DNA of 63,941 bases, counting the filler, from Barthelona sp. PAP020 (lineage: Eukaryota): assembly GCA_040182905.1 (NCBI GenBank). It is 4 parts of 4 records of this genome, joined end to end, with 100 filler letters (N's around TTAATTAATTAA, not from the genome) between each part and the next. Parts side by side here need not be neighbours in the genome. Positions count along the whole stretch, not along the records: positions 16,430 to 32,562 come from JARQWU010000265.1; positions 32,663 to 48,788 come from JARQWU010000266.1; 2 more parts are not named here. One strand, 5' to 3'. Every line of letters starts with the position of its first letter. The first letter of the stretch is position 1. Under the pieces are notes generated by a model. That model worked only from the letters and a program-made list of their open reading frames with translations, was not told the DNA's origin and did no database searches. Positions 29,199 to 40,288 of the stretch are shown here, one piece after another. The position numbers and the translations under genes are program-made.

Positions 29199-32198
29199 AT
29201 GGACCCTGGAAATTTATTTAATGGAATTACCGCAAGTGATTTAGCTGAAGCTCATGATATCAAGTCCTTTGAAACATATGGTGGTATTAAAGGATTGTTA
29301 GATGCATTAGAAACTGGTTCTATAAGTGGAATATCGTCTCAAACAATGGGAATTAGAGGTCAATATTTTGGAACAAACGATCCACCTGTTCAAAAAAAAA
29401 AATCTTTTTTTAACTTGCTTCTTGATGCTGCAAATGATACTACAATGATTTTATTAGCGATTGCTGCTGTAATATCTATTGTTGTTAAATATTTTGAAAG
29501 TCGTGGAACGCCCGAAGAAAGTCATTTTTTTATTGATGGTTTGGCAATTCTTATTGCATGTGTCATTGTTATATTTGTTACTGCTAGTAATGAATACAAT
29601 CAAGCACAACAATTTGCTGCCTTGGATAAAAAAAATAATTCTTATCCCACAGATGTTTTGCGAGATGGGTTACGTGCTACGATTTCAGTCACTTCTGTTG
29701 TTGTTGGTGATATTGTATTTATTTCGCAAGGATGTAAAATTCCAGCGGATGGTTTACTGATCGTTGGTACCATTGGTGTTGATCAAGCTGCTTTAACTGG
29801 AGAACCAGAATTGATCAGAAAAAATAGAAATGAACCCTATTGTTATTCCGGTACAATGGTGAAGACTGGAGAGGGATTAATGGTTGTTACTGGAGTTGGT
29901 GAATATTCTGCTTGGGGCACAATTTTAAAATCACTGGCTGAAGAAGAAGAAGAGCGTTCTCCTCTTCAAAATAGACTAGATAACGTTGTTATCTTAATTT
30001 CAAAGATTGGATTTGGATTTGCGATTGCAACTGCGATTGCAATGTTTGTATCAAGTTTGATAAGTCAAAAGGTCAAACTATCTTCAGCAATTATTGATTC
30101 TTTAATAGCGGGAATTACCATTGTTGTTGTAGCCATTCCTGAAGGGTTACCTTTAGCAGTTACCATTTCTCTTGCTTATTCAATGCGCCAAATGTTTGAT
30201 CAACAGAATTTAGTTCGTAAGCTTCCATCTTGCGAAACAATGGGAAATGCTGATGTTATTTGTTCGGATAAGACTGGAACTCTTACTGAAGGTAAGATGA
30301 GTGTTGTTCGGATGCATATTGGATTACAAGATTTGAATGCCAATGATATGCCAAAGGAAAGTGCCGTCGATGATTTGGTCAGAACTGATTCTGATACTTC
30401 TACTGTTCCTTTACCTGTAAATTCAACCCCTTTACCATCTATGACAACTAGTTTAAATAGTGATGATGAACCAGAAATTAATTATGAAACACCTGAAATG
30501 ATCAGTGAAAAAGATATATTTGCGGATAATTTTGTGAAAAGTAAATCTATTTGGACTCATTTCAGAAATGTTTGTTTGTTAAACAGCACAGCTTTTCGTT
30601 CTCCATCTGGTGAATGGGCGGGAAATATTACGGAAACTGCGTTGATACAGCTTTTTGATCCATCTTTTGAATATACTGTAGCTTATAGAAGTGAACAAGA
30701 AGAAAATTTCATAGCAAGATACCCTTTCGATTCTACAGTGAAGCAAATGCATGTTGTTTATCTTGATAATGGAACACCAATGGTTTTATCAAAAGGATCT
30801 CCTGAAATCTTAATTGAAAGTTGCTCTTCTTATATGGATATTGATGGAAAGGTTAAACCTTTGTTACCCAGCATAAAATTAGCTATAAAAAATATGCAAG
30901 AAAAGTTTGCAAATGATGCATTGCGTACATTGGGCTTAGCTTTCAAGTATGATGATAATTATTCCACAACACGTCTTGAAGGACCTTCTGAAGAGTATCC
31001 ACCAGTAAGTTATGATTTGTGTTGGATAGGAATGGTAGGTATTCTTGATCCATTAAGAGAGGGAGTATTTGAGTCAGTGAATAAATGTAAAAAGGCTGGT
31101 ATCGCCGTAAAAATGGTTACGGGAGATCATATTTCAACAGCAAAGAGAATTGCAAAGGATTGTGGCATATATAAGGATGGGATAGCAATTGAAGCTGAAA
31201 CTTTTAGAAAAATGACGGATGAACAATTGATCAATGAAATTTTACCCGATTTAGAAGTTATCGGTCGAGCAAAACCGTTGGATAAACAAAGAATGGTCAG
31301 ATTATACAAAGAAATGGGACATATTGTTGCAGTTACTGGTGATGGCACAAATGACGCTCCAGCTTTAAAAGGAGCACATGTTGGATTGGCTATGGGAATT
31401 ACGGGAACTGAAGTTGCAAAACAAGCTGCAGACATTGTTATTTTGGATGATAATTTTAAGTCCATTGTGACTGCTGTTTTATGGGGACGTAGTGTGTTTG
31501 ATAACATCAGGAAGTTCATACAGTTCCAATTGACCGTTAATGTCTCAGCTTTAATGCTTACATTTATTTCTGCAGTTACAGGAAAAACAATACCTTTGAC
31601 GCCTGCTCAATTACTTTGGGTAAACTTGATTATGGATACAATGGCTGCTTTAGCTTTGGCAACTGAACCTCCCATTGAAAGTTTATTGCACAGAAAGCCG
31701 ACATCTTCTGAAGAATCAATCATTTCGCCTTTAATGTGGATTCACATCAGTGTACAAGCTGTTTACCAATTGATTATTCTTTTGTTTTTTGTGTATACAT
31801 CAGATACATTTTTCCCTCCTGAATTCACTTTCCATGGAGACCAATCAGTCGAATTATCTTTCATTTTCAATACCTTTGTTTTCCTTCAAGTATTTAATGA
31901 ATTTAACGCCAGAAGGGTAAATGGCGAATTAAATTTCTTTTCACATGTATTCAGTTCCTTTTTGTTCCCCTTTATTATTTTAATTACCATTCTTTGTCAA
32001 ATTTGTTTGATTAATTGGGGTGGTATTATTGCCGGTACTGTTCCTTTATCTGTCGAACATTGGTTTTTGAGTGTTGTTATTGGGGCTTCTTGCTTTATTC
32101 CAGGTTTCATTACCAGATTGGTCACTGGATTTTTCCAAAAAACGAAAAAATTAGCAACGGTTGTGGATGATGTTGATAACCAAGAAAAAGAAGTCTGA
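29199..32198 (+). CDS. P2B (PMCA-type) calcium-transporting ATPase
   Basis: TGE, IPEGLPLAVT, CSDKTGT, VTGDGTNDAPAL, RKFIQFQLTVN and QLLWVNLIMDT motifs; short C-tail. Confidence 0.95.
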   Translation: MDPGNLFNGITASDLAEAHDIKSFETYGGIKGLLDALETGSISGISSQTMGIRGQYFGTNDPPVQKKKSFFNLLLDAANDTTMILLAIAAVISIVVKYFESRGTPEESHFFIDGLAILIACVIVIFVTASNEYNQAQQFAALDKKNNSYPTDVLRDGLRATISVTSVVVGDIVFISQGCKIPADGLLIVGTIGVDQAALTGEPELIRKNRNEPYCYSGTMVKTGEGLMVVTGVGEYSAWGTILKSLAEEEEERSPLQNRLDNVVILISKIGFGFAIATAIAMFVSSLISQKVKLSSAIIDSLIAGITIVVVAIPEGLPLAVTISLAYSMRQMFDQQNLVRKLPSCETMGNADVICSDKTGTLTEGKMSVVRMHIGLQDLNANDMPKESAVDDLVRTDSDTSTVPLPVNSTPLPSMTTSLNSDDEPEINYETPEMISEKDIFADNFVKSKSIWTHFRNVCLLNSTAFRSPSGEWAGNITETALIQLFDPSFEYTVAYRSEQEENFIARYPFDSTVKQMHVVYLDNGTPMVLSKGSPEILIESCSSYMDIDGKVKPLLPSIKLAIKNMQEKFANDALRTLGLAFKYDDNYSTTRLEGPSEEYPPVSYDLCWIGMVGILDPLREGVFESVNKCKKAGIAVKMVTGDHISTAKRIAKDCGIYKDGIAIEAETFRKMTDEQLINEILPDLEVIGRAKPLDKQRMVRLYKEMGHIVAVTGDGTNDAPALKGAHVGLAMGITGTEVAKQAADIVILDDNFKSIVTAVLWGRSVFDNIRKFIQFQLTVNVSALMLTFISAVTGKTIPLTPAQLLWVNLIMDTMAALALATEPPIESLLHRKPTSSEESIISPLMWIHISVQAVYQLIILLFFVYTSDTFFPPEFTFHGDQSVELSFIFNTFVFLQVFNEFNARRVNGELNFFSHVFSSFLFPFIILITILCQICLINWGGIIAGTVPLSVEHWFLSVVIGASCFIPGFITRLVTGFFQKTKKLATVVDDVDNQEKEV

Positions 32199-32438
32199 TG
32201 AATGGCCAACTTTGATTTATTTAACGTAAAAATTGATTTTTTGAAAGATTTTTCAAAGTTTCAATTGTATTTCCACATTGTAAAGACGTTTTTTTTTTTA
32301 TTCAATTGAAAAGTCAAACAGTTTAATATTTATTCTATTTCAGTCTTTTCTTGTTTTAGTTGCAATTCAAGGGTATAAAGAACACCAAACCAAAAATTAA
32401 AAATTGTAAGAATAAATGAATTTCAAAAACTTTTTTTA

Positions 32439-32562
32439 ATGTCAAATTCAAATATTGATGCCATTCTTTCATCTTGTGGACCCACAGGAAAGAGTGTTGG
32501 AGAACACTTGAGAGATGTTTTACAATTAATATTGACGACAAGACCAAATGATCCATTGGAAT
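32439..32562 (+). CDS. 5' fragment of a radial spoke head protein RSPH4/6-like gene, truncated by the contig end
   Basis: MSNSNIDAILSSCGPTGKSVGEHLRDVLQLILTTRPNDPLE resembles the RSP4/6 N-terminal G.SLY.HL..VL.KIL..RP.D motif; not in the ORF track. Confidence 0.55.
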
Positions 32563-32662
32563 NNNNNNNNNNNNNNNNNNNNNNNNNNNNNNNNNNNNNN
32601 NNNNNNTTAATTAATTAANNNNNNNNNNNNNNNNNNNNNNNNNNNNNNNNNNNNNNNNNNNN
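32563..32662. other. Artificial contig linker
   Basis: N44-TTAATTAATTAA-N44. Confidence 0.97.
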
Positions 32663-35600
32663 CGTTCTTATTATGATTTTATGACTGATACTAAGATAAA
32701 GAACTCTGCAAAAGTGTTATTTGATACTGAAATAGATTTGTCAAGCATTTGCAAGACTGAATCTCAATTGCAAGATGCTGAAACGTCCAAACAACGGTTA
32801 AAAGACATTTCATCAACATCAATTCCTTTTAACTTACATGGATTAGCTGTCCATTCTGGTAACGCATTATCTGGACATTATTGGTCTTATGTAATTAACA
32901 ACTTTTCTGACAAAATTGAAACTTCTGATTTCATACAATTCAACGATTCATCTGTCCAAATTGTGAATGGCTCAGGTGTTTCTCAACAGAGTTATGGTAT
33001 GGCTCAAGAAGATATTCAAACCATTAAAGAAATTGAGCAGAGATTTCAGACAGGGTCTCTAAGTGAAGCAGAACAACAACGTTATATCAAGTTGAGTTCT
33101 CAAGCATGTGCTTATTTGTTATGTTATCGATTAAAAGAAGAGGATGAGACAAGTATTGCTGATCTTGTTGAGTTTAAGATTGAAGAGAGTATTGTTCGAC
33201 GTTTATTGTATGAGAATTCTGTACAAATAAATCGTGTTAGTATCATCAACGAACCTTTCATAACAACAATGTTAAATACGATGTTGTATCTTGTGAGTAG
33301 ACTTAAAGATCAAATCAATGCTCCTTCTCAATATTTCATTATGTTATGGGAATTCTACATTAAAGTTGTTTGTAGATTAACAAAGTTCAACAATTACACT
33401 CCATTAACGAATTGTTTATTGATGTTATGGAAGGCAATGGAAGATAATAGGGAAGAACAGCTTGTAATTATCAATTACTTTTCTGATACAACTTATGGGG
33501 AAGAGGATGATTGTTGCTATTTCCAAAAACGTTTCATTGAACCATTATTGATATCACCAAACGATGAAGACATGGTATTTGTGAATCAAATTATGACTCA
33601 CATATTCCAATCTCCGTATATGGAGATTAATTTGGTTTATAAATTTTACATGCAATTCACAAGATATTTGGTTGTTGGATTTGTCCACAAATATAAGTTA
33701 CCATATATTTGTAACATGATATCGTTGTTATTACAACATTTAAGAGGTGTAGGCTTTGAAAATTTGAATATTTATGTAACATTTGAAAAAGTTATTCAAG
33801 CTTATTTGGGCAATATTGTTGGTATCAATTCTTCTGTTTTGTTTGAAAACAAGTTTATTGCCGAGAAAGAATGGAATAGTATTGAAGATTTGGTCAATAG
33901 ATGTTTGTTTGATACTGTTTCAATCACCAAAAATCAATATGAAAAGAATGAAGTGAAAAGAGAGTTTGATAATCGATACATCATTGAATTATGTGAATTG
34001 CTGTTAAGTTTTTGCAAAAATGAAGTATATTCTATGGATGGAGAGAAGATAATGAATTATGATGGTGAAAATTATTGCTATGAACTGTATCGCAATATTG
34101 ATTACGTAATTCCCATCTTTTTAATCAATTTAAATAAGGATATTAGCAATGTGTTAGTGTTATATGGAAAGGACACTGGAGCAGAAGAATATAAAAAAGT
34201 TAAAGAAAAATATTTTTCATTCATTATCAACATGTTTAATGAAGATATTCGAGTTGTTGATTTCTTGGATGGCACTCAAACTGAAGAAGAATTGAGATTA
34301 TTCACAGAAATTATGGAGTCCATCAAATTTGATGAAAATTCAGAGACTTTAACTGTCATTAGTGATATTTTATCGAGTAAAATTCCACATTTATATGTGA
34401 CTGAAGAGAAAGTTGTGTTGAAATGGTGTTTAAAATGTTTGAAAAACTATGAAAACATTCCAAAACTTTTTTTTAATGACGTTTTTTCAACTCTAATTCA
34501 AAGAATAATTGAAAGCACCAATAATGAGATCATGATAAATCAGCATCAATTAACAACGTTATATGACAGTCAAATTGAAATGTTTTTCACAAACACAATT
34601 GAATTGTGTGAAGTGGTCAATCAAATCAGTATGTTCAGGGAATATGTTTCTGTTTTGAATCAAAATTTGATTGTTTTGCTGAATGAAATCTCTCAGAAGT
34701 TACCTCATCAAATTACCAGATCAAGAAATAATTACATTGCAAATAATAGCATGAATACTAATGCAATGACTGCACAGTATTATCAAAGACAAGAACTGGC
34801 TTTGAGGTTAAACAAGTTTAACAATGTCATTCAGCTGACTGTATTCCTGATAAAAGACCCAAAATTTGACTTTACGATTTTGCAAGGTTTATTGACTATC
34901 TTTGATGAAATTGAAGTTAGTGAAGTAAATAAGGATGTGATTCAAGGTTTGACTAAATTAATTGATGGTTTGTGTCATTATCTCAATTCTAACCTTACCT
35001 TACCTCAAAATATTGTTAAAAAAACGAATTCTACTATATTTAATTGTTGCAACACGATTACCTTTAAATTTGCTGGTGAGAACAAGCGTATAACATCTGC
35101 AATATCCGCAAATGCACTATTGTCGCAATTTTTGCATGATTATGCTCTTCCTTGTTTGGCACTTGCTGAAGCAATCAGCAAATATCAACCAATTGTCAAG
35201 ATTTTCCTTAAAGAAGAAGCAGGAAGAAACTTTATAATCAAATTGTTCAGTTTCTTACCAAATCGTTTCAGTGATTATTCAACCAAGTATTATGATAACC
35301 CCAAGATCGTTCAATTTTTCATTGAAATTTCCACAAACTTCGCTAAAGCTAATATAGATCATGTGGTGATCATCAAAGAACTATTACCTCATATCTTTAA
35401 AAAATGGTTGCCTGACAAAAACAATGAGATGGGCATTTTGAGATCGTTGGTCTTTGGTTATTCTTTTATCTCTAATTTATCTCCTGAAAAGAAAGTAGAA
35501 TGGATCAAAATGGTTAAAGAAGAAGAATTTTTCATTAAAACCTTTCATGTGGCAATGGAAAATGGGTTAAACTGTGAAATTTTTTATCAATTCTTGGTTA

Positions 35601-35971
35601 TCTGCATTCAAACTAACCAATTTGATGATGTTTCAATACAGAACATTGTTGAAAATATTTTGGAGACAAAATTGACATTGAGCAAATACTCACACAGTAA
35701 TGATATTAAACCAGATGTATTTGAAGAATTCTTCAACAGGTTGATTCAAATACCTCATGTTCAAACAAATATGTTGGTCAGTTTACAGAAACAATTATTA
35801 GACCATAAATATGAATATATGTATTCAAAATGGTTGAATGAAACAATATGTTGCATTGAAACAATGATTGAGTCAAAAAAGATAGCTCCAGAATTTGATT
35901 TTGAAGACAATGTTGATAAAATGGAAAAAATTGAAAGTGATGAAAATTCTGATCAAAATGTCAATCAATGA
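32663..35971 (+). CDS. Large ubiquitin-specific protease (USP9X/24/34-like), 5'-truncated by the contig start
   Basis: His box LHGLAVHSGNALSGHYWSYV, FIQFNDSSV and AYLLCY, then a long helical C-terminus. The Cys box is presumably off-contig. Confidence 0.8.
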   Translation, partial: RSYYDFMTDTKIKNSAKVLFDTEIDLSSICKTESQLQDAETSKQRLKDISSTSIPFNLHGLAVHSGNALSGHYWSYVINNFSDKIETSDFIQFNDSSVQIVNGSGVSQQSYGMAQEDIQTIKEIEQRFQTGSLSEAEQQRYIKLSSQACAYLLCYRLKEEDETSIADLVEFKIEESIVRRLLYENSVQINRVSIINEPFITTMLNTMLYLVSRLKDQINAPSQYFIMLWEFYIKVVCRLTKFNNYTPLTNCLLMLWKAMEDNREEQLVIINYFSDTTYGEEDDCCYFQKRFIEPLLISPNDEDMVFVNQIMTHIFQSPYMEINLVYKFYMQFTRYLVVGFVHKYKLPYICNMISLLLQHLRGVGFENLNIYVTFEKVIQAYLGNIVGINSSVLFENKFIAEKEWNSIEDLVNRCLFDTVSITKNQYEKNEVKREFDNRYIIELCELLLSFCKNEVYSMDGEKIMNYDGENYCYELYRNIDYVIPIFLINLNKDISNVLVLYGKDTGAEEYKKVKEKYFSFIINMFNEDIRVVDFLDGTQTEEELRLFTEIMESIKFDENSETLTVISDILSSKIPHLYVTEEKVVLKWCLKCLKNYENIPKLFFNDVFSTLIQRIIESTNNEIMINQHQLTTLYDSQIEMFFTNTIELCEVVNQISMFREYVSVLNQNLIVLLNEISQKLPHQITRSRNNYIANNSMNTNAMTAQYYQRQELALRLNKFNNVIQLTVFLIKDPKFDFTILQGLLTIFDEIEVSEVNKDVIQGLTKLIDGLCHYLNSNLTLPQNIVKKTNSTIFNCCNTITFKFAGENKRITSAISANALLSQFLHDYALPCLALAEAISKYQPIVKIFLKEEAGRNFIIKLFSFLPNRFSDYSTKYYDNPKIVQFFIEISTNFAKANIDHVVIIKELLPHIFKKWLPDKNNEMGILRSLVFGYSFISNLSPEKKVEWIKMVKEEEFFIKTFHVAMENGLNCEIFYQFLVICIQTNQFDDVSIQNIVENILETKLTLSKYSHSNDIKPDVFEEFFNRLIQIPHVQTNMLVSLQKQLLDHKYEYMYSKWLNETICCIETMIESKKIAPEFDFEDNVDKMEKIESDENSDQNVNQ

Positions 35972-36134
35972 CATTTAAATACTCCCAAAAAAAAAATATT
36001 TCCAAAGGAAGTAATTTCAATTAAAAGAAAAGTTAAAAAATTGTAAATTATTGTGTTATTTTATTTTTATATGTACATTAAAACATCAATAAAATTTTTA
36101 AATAAATATTTAATAAAGAAGATCAAAATGTGAG

Positions 36135-36836
36135 ATGAATTTTTCTGAATATTCAAAGGGTTTAATTCATCCAACACGAAAAAAATTATCTTCAATACCA
36201 TTACATTCACCAAATGTCACACAACTGTTAAAAAATGAAGAAACGAAAAACAAGATTTATTTTAACCAATTTAACAACTCAAATGTATCTTATATTGAAA
36301 AAAAATTATCATCTCAACAAAAATATCACAATTATTTGAAACAAAAAACTGATGAGAACATTATCATTATTTCACCCATTAATACTTCTCCAAAACAAGC
36401 TAAAAATTTTGCCAATGATGATTTTATTGATTCAAATAAACAATTTGATTCAAATTTTAATACAGATGCAAATAAAAAGAGGGATAATTCATATGTATCA
36501 AAAAATAATGTAAAACCAATTAATTTTCAGATCTTTGAAGATTTTGAAAGTTCAAATTTTAGTCAAAGTGCATTTTCACAAAGAAAACTTCAACCTTTAC
36601 ATCCTTTAACTATTGGATCAACACAAAATACAGATATGATACCAAAACAAAAATATCTAAAAAGACCATTATCTCCCATAAAATATCCTTTATCACCTAG
36701 GAAAAATGTATATTCCCAACAAAAAAAAATTAAAACAAAAAAAGAACATGAGATTGAAATTTCTTTACCTACAGCGAGATCTTTAAAAACTTTAAAACAA
36801 AAGAGTCCAAAAAAAAGAAAAATCTGTCATAAATAA
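36135..36836 (+). CDS. Hypothetical basic, disordered protein
   Basis: 233-aa K/S/N-rich ORF with several SP motifs. Confidence 0.6.
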   Translation: MNFSEYSKGLIHPTRKKLSSIPLHSPNVTQLLKNEETKNKIYFNQFNNSNVSYIEKKLSSQQKYHNYLKQKTDENIIIISPINTSPKQAKNFANDDFIDSNKQFDSNFNTDANKKRDNSYVSKNNVKPINFQIFEDFESSNFSQSAFSQRKLQPLHPLTIGSTQNTDMIPKQKYLKRPLSPIKYPLSPRKNVYSQQKKIKTKKEHEIEISLPTARSLKTLKQKSPKKRKICHK

Positions 36837-36996
36837 AGTCTTTTCAACTATTCTTCCTTTGTTCTTCCATTATATATTTGTGAATTATTTAAAGTACAAA
36901 ATCAATAAACAGATTAAATAAATGTTTAGTGACAAAGTAAATCTGATGATGAAAAGAAGAGAATTTTTGATTACATATAATTTTATCATTATTATT

Positions 36997-37704
36997 ATGG
37001 CTTCTGATTCAGAAATGCATGAATCAAAGAACTTTTTGAGTTCTTTACTCCAAAATATTGTAATTATTGTAATTTTGGGATATATATCTTCAATTGTTAT
37101 TTATATGATTAAATATGAGACGGATGGATTATATTTACCTTATTTGGCTGAAGCTGCTCTTGTAGGTAAACAGCCTGCAAATGGTATTTTTACTATATCA
37201 TCTATTGTTGCTGCAACAACTTTTTTGATACTGTATTTAATATTAACACATGTTAAAATACTTCCTAAAGTTTTTCTGTGGATGGGTTTTTTGATTTGCA
37301 GTTGTTTAATGCTTATTGCCGCTTTCCCTGTTGAGAATTATCCCAACATCGGGGCTTTTTATCGAATCGTTTCTTTAATAACATTCTTAGGCGCAGGTGT
37401 TCAAGCTTGGTCTTTGTACATCTACACCAAAAATAAAGTCTCCAAAAGGATCAGCAAATTACGATTGATTCTCTCTTTGATGTGGACAGTCGATTTAATT
37501 TTATTGTATGCAAATGCATTTTTGTTCTTGGAAACACTAAATAAATACGTTAGCTACAATACGTCACATTCAATTGGGGCTATTTTTCAATATTTATTAA
37601 TTTTTGCTATAGTAGGAATTAATTGGAGTTTAAAATATGAATTAAATGATGTTATAATATTTACAAGAAAGACAGAGATATATGAAGAGGAAGAGTGTGA
37701 TTAG
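36997..37704 (+). CDS. Frag1/DRAM/Sfk1 (TMEM150)-like multi-pass membrane protein
   Basis: About 6 hydrophobic segments; LPYLAE...PANGIF resembles the family motif LPYISD...PES.IF; GAIFQY near the C-terminus. Start uncertain (36922 or 36997). Confidence 0.6.
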   Translation: MASDSEMHESKNFLSSLLQNIVIIVILGYISSIVIYMIKYETDGLYLPYLAEAALVGKQPANGIFTISSIVAATTFLILYLILTHVKILPKVFLWMGFLICSCLMLIAAFPVENYPNIGAFYRIVSLITFLGAGVQAWSLYIYTKNKVSKRISKLRLILSLMWTVDLILLYANAFLFLETLNKYVSYNTSHSIGAIFQYLLIFAIVGINWSLKYELNDVIIFTRKTEIYEEEECD

Positions 37705-38526
37705 TATGGATTCTGTGTAGCGGTCAGTGTGATTGACGGATGGATTGATCAAAAAGGTCAAAACTATTCTGTATATGATTTCTTATTAGTTTAACAATTC
37801 AATTGTTACATTATAGGAACGCATTGAAGGAGAGAAATATGGGTGGTTTGAACATTTGAATTATAAAATGTATAATTCTTATTTCAAGTTGAAAATGTTT
37901 GGAAAGTTTTCCCCAATTCAAAAAAAAACTGTTTATCTTTTTTGGTTTGTTCAAAACTTTCCAAGTTTGTTTTTTATCAACTCAACGAAGTGTTATCGGA
38001 ACACAGCTGGGGCACTCGAAATTGAAATTTTTCCTCGCTTCTTAAACCCCGTGGAACCTTTAGATCCTTCAGATCCTTTTTAACAATTCCTTCTAAAGCA
38101 ATAAACGCCAACCTTTTTTTTTTTTGTTGAAATTTGATAATGTGGCTGAAGGTGTGAGGATGAATTTTTATACTTCTGTTTTCATTGTTAACCCTTCAGT
38201 ATCCAAAACAGTTAAGCGACAAGGATTGATTAGCTTTTAATGGAAAGATTAATTCCTATTGTTTAAACATATGAACATTTGATTAAAAGGCCTAAAATCA
38301 CAGAAATATGATGACATTTCACATTACAATGATTGTGCTTTGTTTCCTCATTTGGAAAAGATCAATCCCAAAGAAAATTTTAATTCATCAAGTAAGATTT
38401 ACTCCAGTTGTCAAAGATCTACAAATTATATTGTTTGAACAATAACACGGTGATGAAACAAACAGAATTTTCCTTCTTTTTAAAAACGATTTTGTGCATT
38501 GTTTTTATTTGATCTTTTGAATCAAT

Positions 38527-39738
38527 ATGTCTAAGTCAATTGCCGAATCAATAGAAAAAACTATTCATGACATGTTTTGTTTGACCATAGACGAAAGTTC
38601 TGTAAAAGAAATTAGAAATCTGCTTTCTAGTTATATGTATGCATGTGGATATTCACTTGATGGGAAATTTTTCGTTATTTGTACTGCTAACAGTAAAACT
38701 GTGGTATTGGATTCAAAAACTCAAGAAGTAAAGTGTACTTTGACAGATCAATCTTCTGTCTATGATGTTGCATTTTCACCAGATGGACAAAAGTTTGCAA
38801 CGTGCGCTAGTGATTCTTCTATTGTCATTTACAATGTTTCAGATTTCTCTGTTTTTAAAAGGTTAACCAATAGTAGCAGCACATATGGAGTTTGTTTTTC
38901 CAATTGTTCAAATTATTTATATTCTGGTGATGATGAGTTTAAGGTTAAAAAGTGGGACATAAATGGTGGTAATGTTGTTTTGGAAGAAAAACATCACACT
39001 GGTTGGATTTGGAGAATAAGAATTTCACCAGATGGCAAATATCTTCTGACTGGAAGTGGTGATGGTAGTGCAAAATTAATTGATGCAGACAATCTTTCAC
39101 TTGTTGAAACATTCATTAATAGCGGTACTGTTAGAGCTGTTGGCTTCCATCCCACCCAAAGAGTCGTTTTTACTGGAGATTCGTTAAAAAGAGCCAGAAT
39201 CTGGAACATGGACGATGGATCAATTATTCATACGTTTAACGTAAGTGAAGCAGTTTATGATTTTTCTTTCGTGCCACCCAATAATTTTGTTGTTATGGCA
39301 GGTAGGGGATATATGATCTCGTATAATGTGGATACTTTTCAAGAAATTCAAAAGATTCCGGTAAGTTGTGATGTTTCTTATTTTTGCATTACTACAAGCC
39401 CTGATAAAAGGCAAATAGTGTGTGGAAGATGTTCAAACAACCTTATTAAGATATTTTCATTGTCATGTTTATATGACAATTCACATGTGTCAGAACTTGT
39501 TGAATTATCAAAGCGCGGTGGCTTTGTGTTGTCAAATCTCATACAAATTAATAAAGACAGTCAGATGATCAGGCAACTGGTAGCTAGTGGAATTGATATG
39601 AATGAAGAGGAGTATAACATGGTCATTAACACTTGCTGGGATTTGGTTGACATAAATGAAGCTAATGGTGGCAATTTCCATTTGTTCATGAACCGTCAAA
39701 GCGATAATGACGATGATGATGATGATGATGATGATTAA
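38527..39738 (+). CDS. WD40-repeat protein with C-terminal CWDLVDINE domain and poly-Asp tail
   Basis: About 7 WD40 repeats (VYDVAFSPDGQKFATC, HHTGWIWRIRISPDGKYLLTGS); C-terminal ~88 aa homologous to the ankyrin pseudogene tail. Confidence 0.9.
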   Translation: MSKSIAESIEKTIHDMFCLTIDESSVKEIRNLLSSYMYACGYSLDGKFFVICTANSKTVVLDSKTQEVKCTLTDQSSVYDVAFSPDGQKFATCASDSSIVIYNVSDFSVFKRLTNSSSTYGVCFSNCSNYLYSGDDEFKVKKWDINGGNVVLEEKHHTGWIWRIRISPDGKYLLTGSGDGSAKLIDADNLSLVETFINSGTVRAVGFHPTQRVVFTGDSLKRARIWNMDDGSIIHTFNVSEAVYDFSFVPPNNFVVMAGRGYMISYNVDTFQEIQKIPVSCDVSYFCITTSPDKRQIVCGRCSNNLIKIFSLSCLYDNSHVSELVELSKRGGFVLSNLIQINKDSQMIRQLVASGIDMNEEEYNMVINTCWDLVDINEANGGNFHLFMNRQSDNDDDDDDDDD

Positions 39739-40288
39739 GTAATTCCACAACTTCAACATTGTTGTCAGTTTTGTAATTAACCATTTCTTCTATTGTTCCT
39801 TTTAGGTGTGATTTTTTGATCTGTTGATTATTATATTAAGGCAGCTTGATTTAAAGTCGATCGAGATTTGTTATTATCAATCTTAGGGAACACTTCATTT
39901 CCTTTTTCTTTATTTTGCAACCTATTTTTATTTTGGATAAATTGTGTTTTATTTTTTGTGTTCAAAGATGGTTTTCAACTTTTTGCTACATTTTATTCAT
40001 TTATAAACAGTTTATCATGAAATCGAAATTTGCTGCTATGTTTTTTTTTTGGAATATAGCTTCCAATAATTGCATAAAATTTGAAATCGTAAATAAATAC
40101 CACAACAGTTCATTTTATTAAAACTTACGAATTATCAAGTCCAAAATTTGAGAAAGAAGAAAAACCTGAAAATCAAATAATGTTCACTTCCATTGCAAAA
40201 ATGTAAATGCCAATTTTAATTCCAATATCTCTTTAAAGCTTCAAGTAAAGAAAAATAAAGAATTTCTTTATTTCCTTTTTATTCTTCC

